NCBI GenBank assembly: GCA_039621445.1
Contig: CP154954.1
Span: 48,463,847-48,527,846 of the forward strand
Source: Euglena gracilis
Taxonomy: Eukaryota
Direction: 5' to 3'
DNA length: 64,000 bases
A program made the translations under genes and the position numbers. The notes under the pieces were generated by a model that had not been told where the DNA came from, searched no databases, and worked only from the letters and a program-made list of their open reading frames with translations. Position 1 is the first letter of the stretch. The number at the start of each line of letters is the position of its first letter. Positions 53,425 through 64,000 of this stretch are shown here, piece after piece.

Positions 53425-54325
53425 GAACGACAGCGTCACGAGCAGCGCGACTCCCACCAGAACCCCCACCCGCAGCAACACCGAGAGCCGCACCCGCACT
53501 GCAGCCCGGCCTCCGCTGCCCGTTGTGGGGATACCCGCCAACGTGCTAGGAAGCCTTCCCCCAGAGGAAAAAGATGAATGCAAAGAATCGTCACAGGACA
53601 GGTCATTGGGTTGGAGACAGTTTTCCAGAGGACCGGCTAGCGAATGCAAAATGGACAGTTTCCTGTTGAACGACTTGCGTTTTCCCAACCATGGCCAAGT
53701 TTTCCTGGCTTGTGGCCAGAAATTGGTGAAGAAGGTGCTTTTTCACATTTCTGTGTTGGTCCAGACTGTTTGATTGCCCTCATCTGATCCCACCCCCAGG
53801 AAAACTGGTTTTTGGCCCTTTGCTCGTTAAATTGCATTAGCTGGTCTGGAAATCATTTCTTGGGGGGTTGGCACCCCCGCTGGGAATCGCTGAGATGTGT
53901 GGAGGTGGCGTGCAGGTGACAAAGCTGCTTGCGCCTGTTTAGCTGCGGGGCCTGCGGACGCCGGGGCCCGACACACACCAGGTCGTCGTCGCCCACCACG
54001 AGCGCCACGGGGACGGGCAGCCAGACGGAGAGTGGCAGCGAGAGCGGCACGAGCTCCGCCACCCGCAGCGTGTCCCTCACCTCGACCAGGCTGAATTTTA
54101 TGGCGTGGTCGACCCCACCCAGAGGATAGCAAACAATACCCCCGACTTGCTGTATGGGGGGAAGGGCAGGGAGGCTAAGAATTGCCCCTTTTTTTGGTCT
54201 TCTGGTGCCTTCAGCTGGGGCACCCTCCTCCCACGAATTCAGCCTCATGTCGACCAGCAGCAGGACACAGTCAGTGACGGGCAGTGCCACAGTCTCTCCA
54301 AGTCGCAGCGCTACGGAGACCGCAC
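53425..54325 (+). CDS. Ser/Thr-rich coding-like modules (53425-53500, 53960-54090, 54250-54325); exon boundaries unresolved
   Basis: SVTSSATPTRTPTRSNTESRTRT; GPTHTRSSSPTTSATGTGSQTESGSESGTSSATRSVSLTST; TSSRTQSVTGSATVSPSRSATET. Homologous to modules at 60-64 kb. Confidence 0.5.
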
Positions 54326-54361
54326 CTCCTGCTGGGCGGTGTGGGTGGAGGTGGTGGTGCT

Positions 54362-57014
54362 CAGGCACCTATGGCCGACCAGGGCCGACCAGGGCCGACC
54401 AGGGCCGACCAGGGCCGACTATGATTTTCAGGACCCCCGTAGGTGGGGGTTCCGACCAGGGCCGACCAGGGCCGACCAGGGCCGACCAGGGCCGACCAGG
54501 GCCGACAGGGCCGACCGAAGGGGAATGGATGAAGGAATTCGGCAGCTTTCCCTCTGAACCACCCAAGCTTTGCAAGACACTTGATCACTTTTGTTTGTCT
54601 TTGTCCTCCAGCTTTTCCAATGGCGAAGAATCATGCCTGCACGCGGACTGTGGCCCAATGGGTCGCTTGGGCGGAGGCAGATGGGATGGTCGGCATTGCA
54701 GCGGACAGCAATGATCCAGGTGCGCCAAAGGTAATGCTCTTGTTTCTTGTCTGCTTCTCTGTGTAGGGAAAGTTTATTGCACCGTTTGCGCAAGGTCGTA
54801 TGTACCCACAGCAAGCGCTTTGAAGCAGCATTGCTATGGATATTTCAAAGGAAGTGGGCCAGACAGGCAATTTGTAGAGAGTGAACACTCCAAGAAGGTA
54901 AAAAAACGGAAGGATCGTGAAGAAGCAATGCCTGCTCCGGTTTCTCAAGTCGCTGTGAATTCGGTTCCACAAAACATCATCATCCAGGTGCTATTTTGTG
55001 CAAAAAATAGAAATTGGATATTTTTCCCTCAAGGTTCAAAGTGCTTTGGAAGCAAAACCGCTCACAGATGCTATCGAGACCCCCAAGAAAAAGGCCAAAG
55101 GGACTCTGGACCATTTTGTTTCTAAAGGAAACAAGGAGGATCAATTCAAGAAAGATTTGGTTGCTGCCGCAAATATTCCTCTTGAAAAAGTAAAAACAAA
55201 AGACAACGGTGAAAAAACCTTACTGAGAAAGTTCTTTGAGAAATATGTTCGACTGGATGGCGAAGAAGTTCACCTTCCTGATCCTATCAACCTGCGAGGG
55301 AACCACGTACCCCATGTAATGGCCGATGGTATAACGTTCATTCTTGTGTGATGTCCTTGTTTGTATGTATCCACAGGCGTGCATAAGCTCAGGGACATTA
55401 TCATGAAAGGGTCCTGGTTTGTGGTGATTGAAGCCGACGAAACAGATGATCCACGACCAGATAACCACTATGTTGTTTCTGTCGCCATGACTTTGCTGTC
55501 AAAAGGCGGTGAAGCAGTTGCACCCAAAAAGTTTCATATCAAGTTATTCTACCCAACGAGCGTGGACCAGAAAACTTTGAGCTCCATCATTGACCAGGTG
55601 TTAAGACTCCTTGATTTTCTCCTAATTTACTTTTGTAGGCACTTCGTGAGCTTCACGCGAGAGCATTGCCGGGCTTTATGACCTCATGAAGTCGTCCGCC
55701 AAGACCATCCAAATTCAGTTATGTTTTGTTGTTCAAGCTTTGAAGCCTTTGTACACAGCCATCAAAACATTGCAAAAAGACAGTGGCGGAATTCATGACA
55801 TCTTGGGAGAATTTGCAAGGTTCATCACAATATTTGCCTTGCGGATTCTCTTGTATCGTGCTTTGTACAGGCTAAAGGCAAATTTCCAGGAAATGCAAGA
55901 ACGAGGACAGTGGCCGCCAGAGGTCGAACAACTTCTGGAAAGGCACAGTTCGGATTACATCAACACAATGCAAAAACTGATGAAGGCTTGTTGCAAGGTA
56001 TCTGATTTGTCTAATTTGTGATGCTGTGCTGCATTTTGGGGCGCTTTGGCCCAATCCAAGCCAAAGCCGTTTCCCCCTCGCTCATTATGTTTGCATTGCA
56101 GGCGATCGTTGACAAGATGGACAACATCTTGGTGAAAACCGTGAACGCATTTGCAGACAAGCAAGATGTCGCCCACGAAGGTGATGTGTGAGCGCGTTCC
56201 GCTGGTTAATGCCACAGAGTGGGAACGTTATATCACTCTGCCTTCCCAACAACCTCCACCATCTTCCACAGCTGGTCGCATCAACTGGTGGATGTCACAA
56301 ATTTACCATTCCTTCGTTGGTTTGGAATGAAATGTGGGGTGGTTGTGCATCTCTTGCCAAAGCGGGGTCAGCCATTTTTTTTTGGAATGTGTGGCAAAAT
56401 CACCGCTGGTGATTTAGGGGGCCATTGCGGTTTCAACATTTGGGTTGTGAGCAATGGTTTGGTTCCGCATCGCTGATTTTCCCTCGCTTGCACCCGTTGC
56501 CATGGCCTATCTGCAGGCTCCACGTTCATCTGCTCAAATAGAGCGATATTTCTCACTGCTCGGTCACACAAAAGGCTGGTATGAATGAGGATGCAAATGA
56601 TTGAAATTTTCGATTACGTCAAGAATTGTTTTTCCATTCCAGCTTTTTTTCCATTCAAACATCGGATCGCTTGAATATGTCTGATACGACGCTCACCTCC
56701 TTAGCCTTCATTTATATGAACAAGAGCTTGTTTGACATCTCTGCGTGAAGAGCCGCACTTTCACCTTTGCATTTTTGTTTTGTGCTCTGATGGCTCAGCT
56801 TATGGGGCATTTCCTTTTGATCTTGGCGAGACAAGTCAGAAAATCATTGCATCTCTTCACATTTTTTCTGTGACGGATACCCCCACCTATGGCCGACTAT
56901 TGGCCGACCAGGGCCGACCAGGGCCGACCAGGGCCGACCAGGGCCGACCAGGGCCGACCAGGGCCGACCAGGGCCGACCAGAGCGCCAAAATGGGAAGTG
57001 ACCATAGGTGCCTG
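54362..57014 (+). mobile_element. hAT DNA transposon with (CCGACCAGGG)n subterminal arrays
   Basis: gtggtgct|CAGGCACCTATGG...CCATAGGTGCCTG|gtggtgct: perfect 13-bp TIR and 8-bp TSD; encodes a transposase. Confidence 0.95.
54620..56748 (+). pseudogene. Intron-containing CGGBP-like hAT transposase, probably internally deleted
   Basis: Exons 54620-54719, 54767-54987, 55034-55328 and 55377-55597 splice in phase via GT-AG. Motifs: KVYCTVC...ALKQHC (Zn finger), ANIPLEK (CGGBP-like), ADETDD (first catalytic D), APRSSAQIERYFS (56517-) and RLNMSDTTLTSLAFIYMN (hAT C-terminal dimerisation region). Frame breaks near 55655. Confidence 0.88.
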
Positions 57015-57616
57015 GTGGTGCTGGTGTTGTGGGGGGGGGTGAAAATTGGGGTTTTGGTTGGGTGATGCCGGGCCTCCAAGGGCGGCGGCTGCAGAGGCAG
57101 GGGTTTTTTTTAGTCGTGGATCCCCGGGGGGAGGGGGGGGTTGGGTTGGTGGGTCCGGCCGAGCCCCCCTCCCCCCCCCCAGGGGGGAGGGTCCCCCCGG
57201 AGGGGGGTGGGATATACTTTTCGGCGCCGAAGGCGCCGAAAATTTTTGAAAAAGTGCTATTTTTAGCAATTTTCGTGATTTTTTCGGCCATTTTTTGTGG
57301 GTCCCCTGGGAACCCCCCCCCCGGGGGGGGTGGGTGGGCGGCAGAGGGTGGTGGTGGCGGCGGCGGCGGCGGTGGCGGTGCTTCCCGGGTGTAAGGGACA
57401 AGGGGTCAGGGACCTGGACGATTGGTGAGGTGGGGCACTTTCCGTCCCCTCTCCCCTAATGCGCACCCCTGTCCCCCTCAGCCCCTTGCCAGCTTGCCCC
57501 CTCACCTTTTGCCCCGGCGGCGAACCATCATCCGGGCTTTCCTCCGTGTGTGGGGGATGTCCAGGGTTCTTGGGTCAAGAAGCTTTCCCTTGGGTGCTCC
57601 CATCACCTGTTGAGGT

Positions 57617-57828
57617 CAGGGCGCTGTTAAACAAATTTTGACCCCCCACTTTTGGGGGCTTTTCTGATCTTTGATTTTTTTGCCACCTGGTTCGACCCAG
57701 GTTGGCTTTAGTTCCAGCCCTGGGAAGGGGGGGGGTGTCAGCCAGCAGCCTTTTTCCAGCCACCCCAAGTTTTCCAGCCTCTGAGCTGGACCCCCTGCCC
57801 CCCGGGGGGGTCCTTAAGCAACGCCCTG
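57617..57828. mobile_element. hAT-type MITE related to the 78-nt candidate intron
   Basis: gttgaggt|CAGGGCGCTG...ggtccttaagCAACGCCCTG|gtcgaggt. Confidence 0.85.
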
Positions 57829-59209
57829 GTCGAGGTGGTGTTCTTCAACCCTGCTTGTTATGGTAGTGGCAACACGGGGCAGCCAGCCGGGGTCCGAGGG
57901 GGACGGGCAGCGGCACCCGCAGCGCAACGCCCACCAGAACTCCCACCCGCAGCAGCACCGAGAGCCGCACCCGCACCGCAGCCCGGCCTCCGCCGGCCCT
58001 GGGGACACCCGGCCCCCCCCAAGGGATGCATGGGAAGCCCTGAGGGGTCCGCCCCCCCCCAACACAGAGGGGGAGGTGATCGGATCCTCCGTCTTTCCTG
58101 AAAGCAGCAAAGTGCCCGGGATATTTTCCGTTCTGTGGCCTTGACCGTCCACAGAACCGAGAATTTTCCCGGTCAAAGCAGGGCAGTCCATAAGGGACGG
58201 GAAGTTTTTTCCCCCTTGAGGACTGCCCTTAAGCCCATGGGACGGCCAACAGCCGATCCGGGGATCAACGGGGTCGGAAAATCAATCTGTCGAATAACGC
58301 ATTTTTTGACGTTTTGAGTGGATGGGCGATGGTCAAGGATGCCAGAAATCACTTTTTCCCCCAAAGTCGACCCATTTTTTGCCAAAAGATGGCATTTTCT
58401 TGTCCATTTTTCCTATGATTTTTCATTGAATGTGCTGGGACGGGAAGTTTTTTTCACGTTAATGACCGCACCGGGTCACAGGGCCTGATACGTTGGCCAA
58501 AATTTTTTAATATACCTGATTTTCCTCTGAAAATAAACCCAAAAATGATCATTTTTCGAATTATTTGTCATTTTTTTTCATCTGGAAAACACCAAAACTT
58601 CCTAAAATGCGGAATATGCTGGAATGAAAGGCATTTCATTGCTTTTTTGGTGTGCAGTGCCAAAAAATTTCTCCATTTTTGGAAACTGCCAAGGGGGGTC
58701 TGGACACCCCTTCCTCCCTGGGGAGGCGGCTGTCCAGGGGTGGTTGGGACCCCCCTTCCATCTTCCTCAATACCAATGGGTATCCCTGTCCCCCCAAATA
58801 AGATATTTTTGCTCCTTTGCTGGTGTGTCTCATTCTGTTTTGGTTTCTCATTCGTTTTTTCGGAGGGGGCTATAAAATTGGCCCACCATTAATGATTTTT
58901 TCCATTTCTCCAGTTCCCAAGCAAACAATATTTTTGTGGTGCTTCACACGTGATTGTCTATTTTCAAATTTTGTTTCTAAAATCCAAGAGCAGTCAATAG
59001 TTATTGTCAGTTTGGGCTTGAGAGATGAGAGTCTACTGTTTGAAAAAATGTTTTGAAAAAAATCACCACCCCTTGCATTTCCTACTATCGGGTATCGGGG
59101 GAGAGTTTTAAATATGGGGCAGTCTGGATCTTCGGTGTGTTGGCAATTCGTTTTCAAAACTTATGTTTTGGAGAGGGGTTTGATCAGTGGGATCCCTGAC
59201 CACCAGGCG

Positions 59210-59326
59210 TGCGGACACCGGCGTCCGACCCCCACAGTGTCGGCCTCGCTCACCAAGAGCGTCAGTGCCTCCACCACCTCCAGCGTGACTCTCACCCGCA
59301 GCAGCACCGAGAGCCACACCCGCACC
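59210..59326 (+). CDS. Ser/Thr-rich coding-like module
   Basis: RPTPTVSASLTKSVSASTTSSVTLTRSSTESHTRT. Confidence 0.5.
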
Positions 59327-60539
59327 GCAGCCCGGCCTCCACCGGCCATACGGATCTCTGACCCCACCGTTGGGGGTCGCTGGAGTGGGTGGGCATCGGT
59401 GGAGCCGGATGGAGAGGGTCCCGTCGAGATCGTGGGCGTGTCCGCTTTTAGGCCGGGATGGGGGACTTATGTGCTCAACCCGGGGGCTGGGACAATACAT
59501 TTTTTTAACCATCCCCTGAGGGGAGGGGGTCATTTCCACTCTTCCAAAAACCAGTCAGTGACTTTTATTTGGAAAAATAGTCAGTAGCTACACCCCAAGG
59601 GGGAGATCAGCCACTCAGGGATGCAAAGGAGAACAGACTACAAATGTGAAGATAAAAGGCTATATTCCTGGTACCTTCGGCACTGGAAAATATAAGTGGC
59701 CATTTGCCTTCCGTGGCATTTTAAGAGATTTTTTAAAGGCTTTTTAGGGCATTTTAATGCTTTTTAAGACGTTATTCTGCTGCGTGGTCCTGCATCGAAC
59801 CAACGTTTTTCATTCTTGCATGCGGTCCAAAACCAAAAAGCCAAAAAAATATTTTTTGTTCTTTTGTTGGACTTCCAACGATGCTGGAAATCGTCTTTCT
59901 TCCAGAATTGGGCTGTTTTCCCGAGATGTTGCGATTTCATGTTTTCTGGGTCGAAGAAAATCCTGACGGTCCGATTTTTTAAGGCATTAAAACATTTCAA
60001 GGCGTTGTAAGGTATTATGGACAAATACGCACTATGAGGCATTTTGAGTTTTTAAGGCACCTTTAAAAAATGCGTGGAGGGCAGGGTCAGACCAAAGAAC
60101 AGCCAGTCTGATTAACTGACAGACAAAACAACCAGACAGCAACGCTCCTCCCAACATGCTGGTTCGCCAGATACTATTTGTAGTTCTTCCGCGAAATTTG
60201 TCTAAGCCCCAAAACACTATATTTATCCATATTTTGGTGCAGATGGCGACTGAATCTAGCCTGTGATGTGCCTCATCACACTCATCGCACACATCACACA
60301 ATGACTGGTCAGGGGCTGAATGCGACGACAGTGCCCAGCCGGTCACAGTTCTCCCGTCGGATGCCCTGCCCGGCAACGGCCCCAGTGAAGGGGTGTAGTA
60401 CATAGAATGCTGGGGGGAACCGCGAACATTGGTATGGCCCTGTAGACATCTGTTCTGCTGCTCAGACCAGAGGGAGGAGAGGTCTGAAGAGGACCCCTCT
60501 GCAGGCTGGGATGTTGGCCGCGGGGCCAGCGGACGCCAG

Positions 60540-60743
60540 GGTCCGACCCCCACAGGCTCAGCGTCGCCCACCACGAGCGCCACGGGGACGGACAGCCAGA
60601 CGGAGAGTGGCAGCGAGAGCGGCACAGCCTCCGCCACCCGCAGCGTGACCCTGGCAGCGACCAGCAGCGGGACGCCGACGGTGACGGGTAGCGCCACAGT
60701 CTCCCCGAGCCGCAGTGAGACGCGCACAGCGAGCGTCACGGAG
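60540..60743 (+). CDS. Ser/Thr-rich mucin-like exon B, copy 1
   Basis: gacgccag| GPTPTGSASPTTSATGTDSQTESGSESGTASATRSVTLAATSSGTPTVTGSATVSPSRSETRTASVTE |gccggg. Confidence 0.6.
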
Positions 60744-61467
60744 GCCGGGCGCCTGCTGGCGGAGGCGAGGGTGGGGGTGGCAAGGGGCGGGACCCGGTGA
60801 CTGTGCCTGCTGCGGGTCACCCTCAAGGCAGGCGGTGTACACCTTTGGGGGCTCCAGTGGGTTGTCGGGCCCATCTGCTTGCCTGGGCAGCACCAGATAG
60901 GCCCGAAAGGACTGTGGAACCGGACTGAAACTTCTTTCCAACTTAATCTTGGGGTGCGTGAATGACTGGTCAGGGGCTGAATGCGACGACAGTGCCCAGC
61001 CGGTCACAGTTCTCCCGTCGGATGCCCTGCCCGGCAACGGCCCCAGTGAAGGGGTGTAGTACATAGAATGCTGGGTGGAACCGCGAACATTGGTATGGCC
61101 CAGCGAACTGCGACTCACGTGCGTCGACTGTGTGCCTCAGCCTCAGAAGATCATCCCCATGCACTGTGTGGATTTGGGACCGAAAGACGCTCAGGACATG
61201 CACGCCACAAGCCAAAATCAGTCAGCAAACGGACGGGTTGGCGAGACAGGCACGAGCTACGCGGTGTTTCCACCAACGTCACCCTTCGCTCCGACAACGC
61301 CCTTCACAAAGTCCAAAGTGGCAAATGGGATCGCCGGAGTCATTGGGGTGTGTTCTTTTGGGGCCAAGGAAGGTTTCTCTGGAACATCCATATCCGATCC
61401 CATGCATCTCTGATTTTTCCCGACTTCTTTCTGTTCCTCGGGCTGGACGACACGGGCAGCCAGCCAG

Positions 61468-61554
61468 GGTCCGAGGGGGACAGGCAGCCCCACCCGCAGC
61501 GCAACGCCCACCAGAACCCCCACCCGCAGCAGCACCGAGAGCCGCACCCGCACC
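61468..61554 (+). CDS. Ser/Thr-rich exon A, copy 1
   Basis: gccag| GPRGTGSPTRSATPTRTPTRSSTESRTRT |gcagcc; boundaries inferred. Confidence 0.45.
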
Positions 61555-61795
61555 GCAGCCCGGCCTCCGCCGGCCCTGGGGGCGCCCGTCCTCCACTGCC
61601 GGAGATACCAGGGGTGGAACTCCACCGGGTTAGGGGAGGGAGGGGGGGGGCAGGTAGACAGTCGGCAAGGAGCGGCGTTGGGGCTGGGGGGCCTCCTGGG
61701 ACTGGTTAGGCGGGGATGGGGGCTTTTGTGCTGGGCACGGGGGCTGGGACCCTTCTGCTGGCTGGGAGGCTGGCCGCGGGGCCAGCGGACGCCAG

Positions 61796-61999
61796 GGTCC
61801 GACCCCCACAGGCTCAGCGTCGCCCACCACGAGCGCCACGGGGACGGACAGCCAGACGGAGAGTGGCAGCGAGAGCGGCACAGCCTCCGCCACCCGCAGC
61901 GTGACCCTGGCAGCGACCAGCAGCGGGACGCCGACGGTGACGGGTAGCGCCACAGTCTCCCCGAGCCGCAGTGAGACGCGCACAGCGAGCGTCACGGAG
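61796..61999 (+). CDS. Ser/Thr-rich exon B, copy 2
   Basis: Matches 60540-60743. Confidence 0.6.
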
Positions 62000-62721
62000 G
62001 CCGGGCGCCTGCTGGCGGAGGCGAGGGTGGGGGTGGCAAGGGGCGGGACCCGGTGACTGTGCCTGCTGCGGGTCACCCTCAAGGCAGGCGGTGTACACCT
62101 TTGGGGGCTCCAGTGGGTTGTCGGGCCCATCTGCTTGCCTGGGCAACACCAGATAGGCCCGAAAGGACTGTGGAACCGGACTGAAACTTCTTTCCAACTT
62201 AATCTTGGGGTGCGTGAATGACTGGTCAGGGGCTGAATGCGACGACAGTGCCCAGTCGGTCACAGTTCTCCCGTCGGATGCCCTGCCCGGCAACGGCCCC
62301 AGTGAAGGGGTGTAGTACATAGAATGCTGGGTGGAACCGCGAACATTGGTATGGCCCAGCGAACTGCGACTCACGTGCGTCGACTGTGTGCCTCAGCATC
62401 AGATCATCCCCCATGTACTGTGTGGATTTGGGACCGAAAGACGCTCAGGACATGCACGCCACAAGCCAAAATCAGTCAGCAAACGGACGGGTTGGCGAGA
62501 CAGGCACGAGCTACGCGGTGTTTCCACCAACGTCACCCTTCGCTCCAACAACGCCCTTCACAAAGTCCAAAGTGGCAAATGGGATCGCCGGAGTCATTGG
62601 GGTGTGTTCTTTTGGGGCCAAGGAAGGTTTCTCTGGAACATCCATATCCGATCCCATGCATCTCTGATTTTTCCCGACTTCTTTCTACCCATTTGGGTGG
62701 ACGACACGGGCAGCCAGCCAG

Positions 62722-62808
62722 GGTCCGAGGGGGACAGGCAGCCCCACCCGCAGCGCAACGCCCACCAGAACCCCCACCCGCAGCAGCACCGAGAGCCGCA
62801 CCCGCACC
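62722..62808 (+). CDS. Ser/Thr-rich exon A, copy 2
   Basis: Matches 61468-61554. Confidence 0.45.
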
Positions 62809-63052
62809 GCAGCCCGGCCTCCGCCGGCCCTGGGGGCGCCCGTCCTCCACTGCCGGAGATACCAGGGGTGGAACTCCACCGGGTTAGGGGAGGGAGGGGG
62901 GGGGGGGCAGGTAGACAGTCGGCAAGGAGCGGCGTTGGGGCTGGGGGGCCTCCTGGGACTGGTTAGGCGGGGATGGGGGCTTTTGTGCTGGGCACGGGGG
63001 CTGGGACCCTTCTGCTGGCTGGGAGGCTGGCCGCGGGGCCAGCGGACGCCAG

Positions 63053-63253
63053 GGTCCGACCCCCACAGGCTCAGCGTCGCCCACCACGAGCGCCACGGGG
63101 ACGGACAGCCAGACGGAGAGTGGCAGCGAGAGCACAGCCTCCGCCACCCGCAGCGTGACCCTGGCAGCGACCAGCAGCGGGACGCCGACGGTGACGGGTA
63201 GCGCCACAGTCTCCCCGAGCCGCAGTGAGACGCGCACAGCGAGCGTCACGGAG
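63053..63253 (+). CDS. Ser/Thr-rich exon B, copy 3
   Basis: Matches copy 2 apart from an in-frame 3-nt deletion near 63132. Confidence 0.6.
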
Positions 63254-64000
63254 GCCGGGCGCCTGCTGGCGGAGGCGAGGGTGGGGGTGGCAAGGGGCGG
63301 GACCCGGTGACTGTGCCTGCTGCGGGTCACCCTCAAGGCAGGCGGTGTACACCTTTGGGGGCTCCAGTGGGTTGTCGGGCCCATCTGCTTGCCTGGGCAA
63401 CACCAGATAGGCCCGAAAGGACTGTGGAACCGGACTGAAACTTCTTTCCAACTTAATCTTGGGGTGCGTGAATGACTGGTCAGGGGCTGAATGCGACGAC
63501 AGTGCCCAGTCGGTCACAGTTCTCCCGTCGGATGCCCTGCCCGGCAACGGCCCCAGTGAAGGGGTGTAGTACATAGAATGCTGGGTGGAACCGCGAACAT
63601 TGGTATGGCCCAGCGAACTGCGACTCACGTGCGTCGACTGTGTGCCTCAGCATCAGATCATCCCCATGTACTGTGTGGATTTGGGACCGAAAGACGCTCA
63701 GGACATGCACGCCACAAGCCAAAATCAGTCAGCAAACGGACGGGTTGGCGAGACAGGCACGAGCTACGCGGTGTTTCCACCAACGTCACCCTTCGCTCCA
63801 ACAACGCCCTTCACAAAGTCCAAAGTGGCAAATGGGATCGCCGGAGTCATTGGGGTGTGTTCTTTTGGGGCCAAGGAAGGTTTCTCTGGAACATCCATAT
63901 CCGATCCCATGCATCTCTGATTTTTCCCGACTTCTTTCTACCCATTTGGGTGGACGACACGGGCAGCCAGCCAGGGTCCGAGGGGGACAGGCAGCCCCAC

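Larger units (their letters stand above)
60301..64000 (+). repeat. Tandem array of ~1.25-kb units preceded by a 661-bp variant unit; runs off the window
   Basis: atgactggtcaggggctgaatgc recurs at 60301, 60962, 62218 and 63472. Confidence 0.97.

Noticed and set aside
57098-57340. Complete MITE of the 41562/50146 family
   Set aside because: Right TIR is missing; treated as a truncated copy.

Overview
Repeat-saturated eukaryotic nuclear DNA. It is most consistent with a euglenid (inferred from TTAGGG repeats, GC-rich small exons in very large introns, and introns matching the euglenid non-conventional CAG...CTG pattern). No prokaryotic operon structure is present, and most ORF-track entries are repeat artefacts. 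Contents: (1) 1-26 kb is nested transposon debris: TA-inserting MITEs, a CRE-like non-LTR 3' fragment, a PHD-finger element, a 77-bp satellite, a large fold-back and a pogo-like transposase remnant. (2) A + strand multi-exon host gene of unknown function runs from about 26.7 to 47.2 kb and can be spliced in phase by eye. Two of its junctions lack a GT-AG solution that restores the uninterrupted sequence and are TIR elements with target-site duplications. (3) Ser/Thr-rich mucin-like coding modules occupy 48.7-64 kb and end in a ~1.25-kb tandem array. (4) An intron-containing CGGBP-like hAT transposon (54362-57014) and about ten related non-autonomous elements have CAG...CTG-type ends and 8-bp TSDs. 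Main hypothesis: hAT elements act as 'introners', because TIR plus 8-bp TSD geometry reproduces the euglenid non-conventional intron consensus, so insertions into exons could be spliced out seamlessly.
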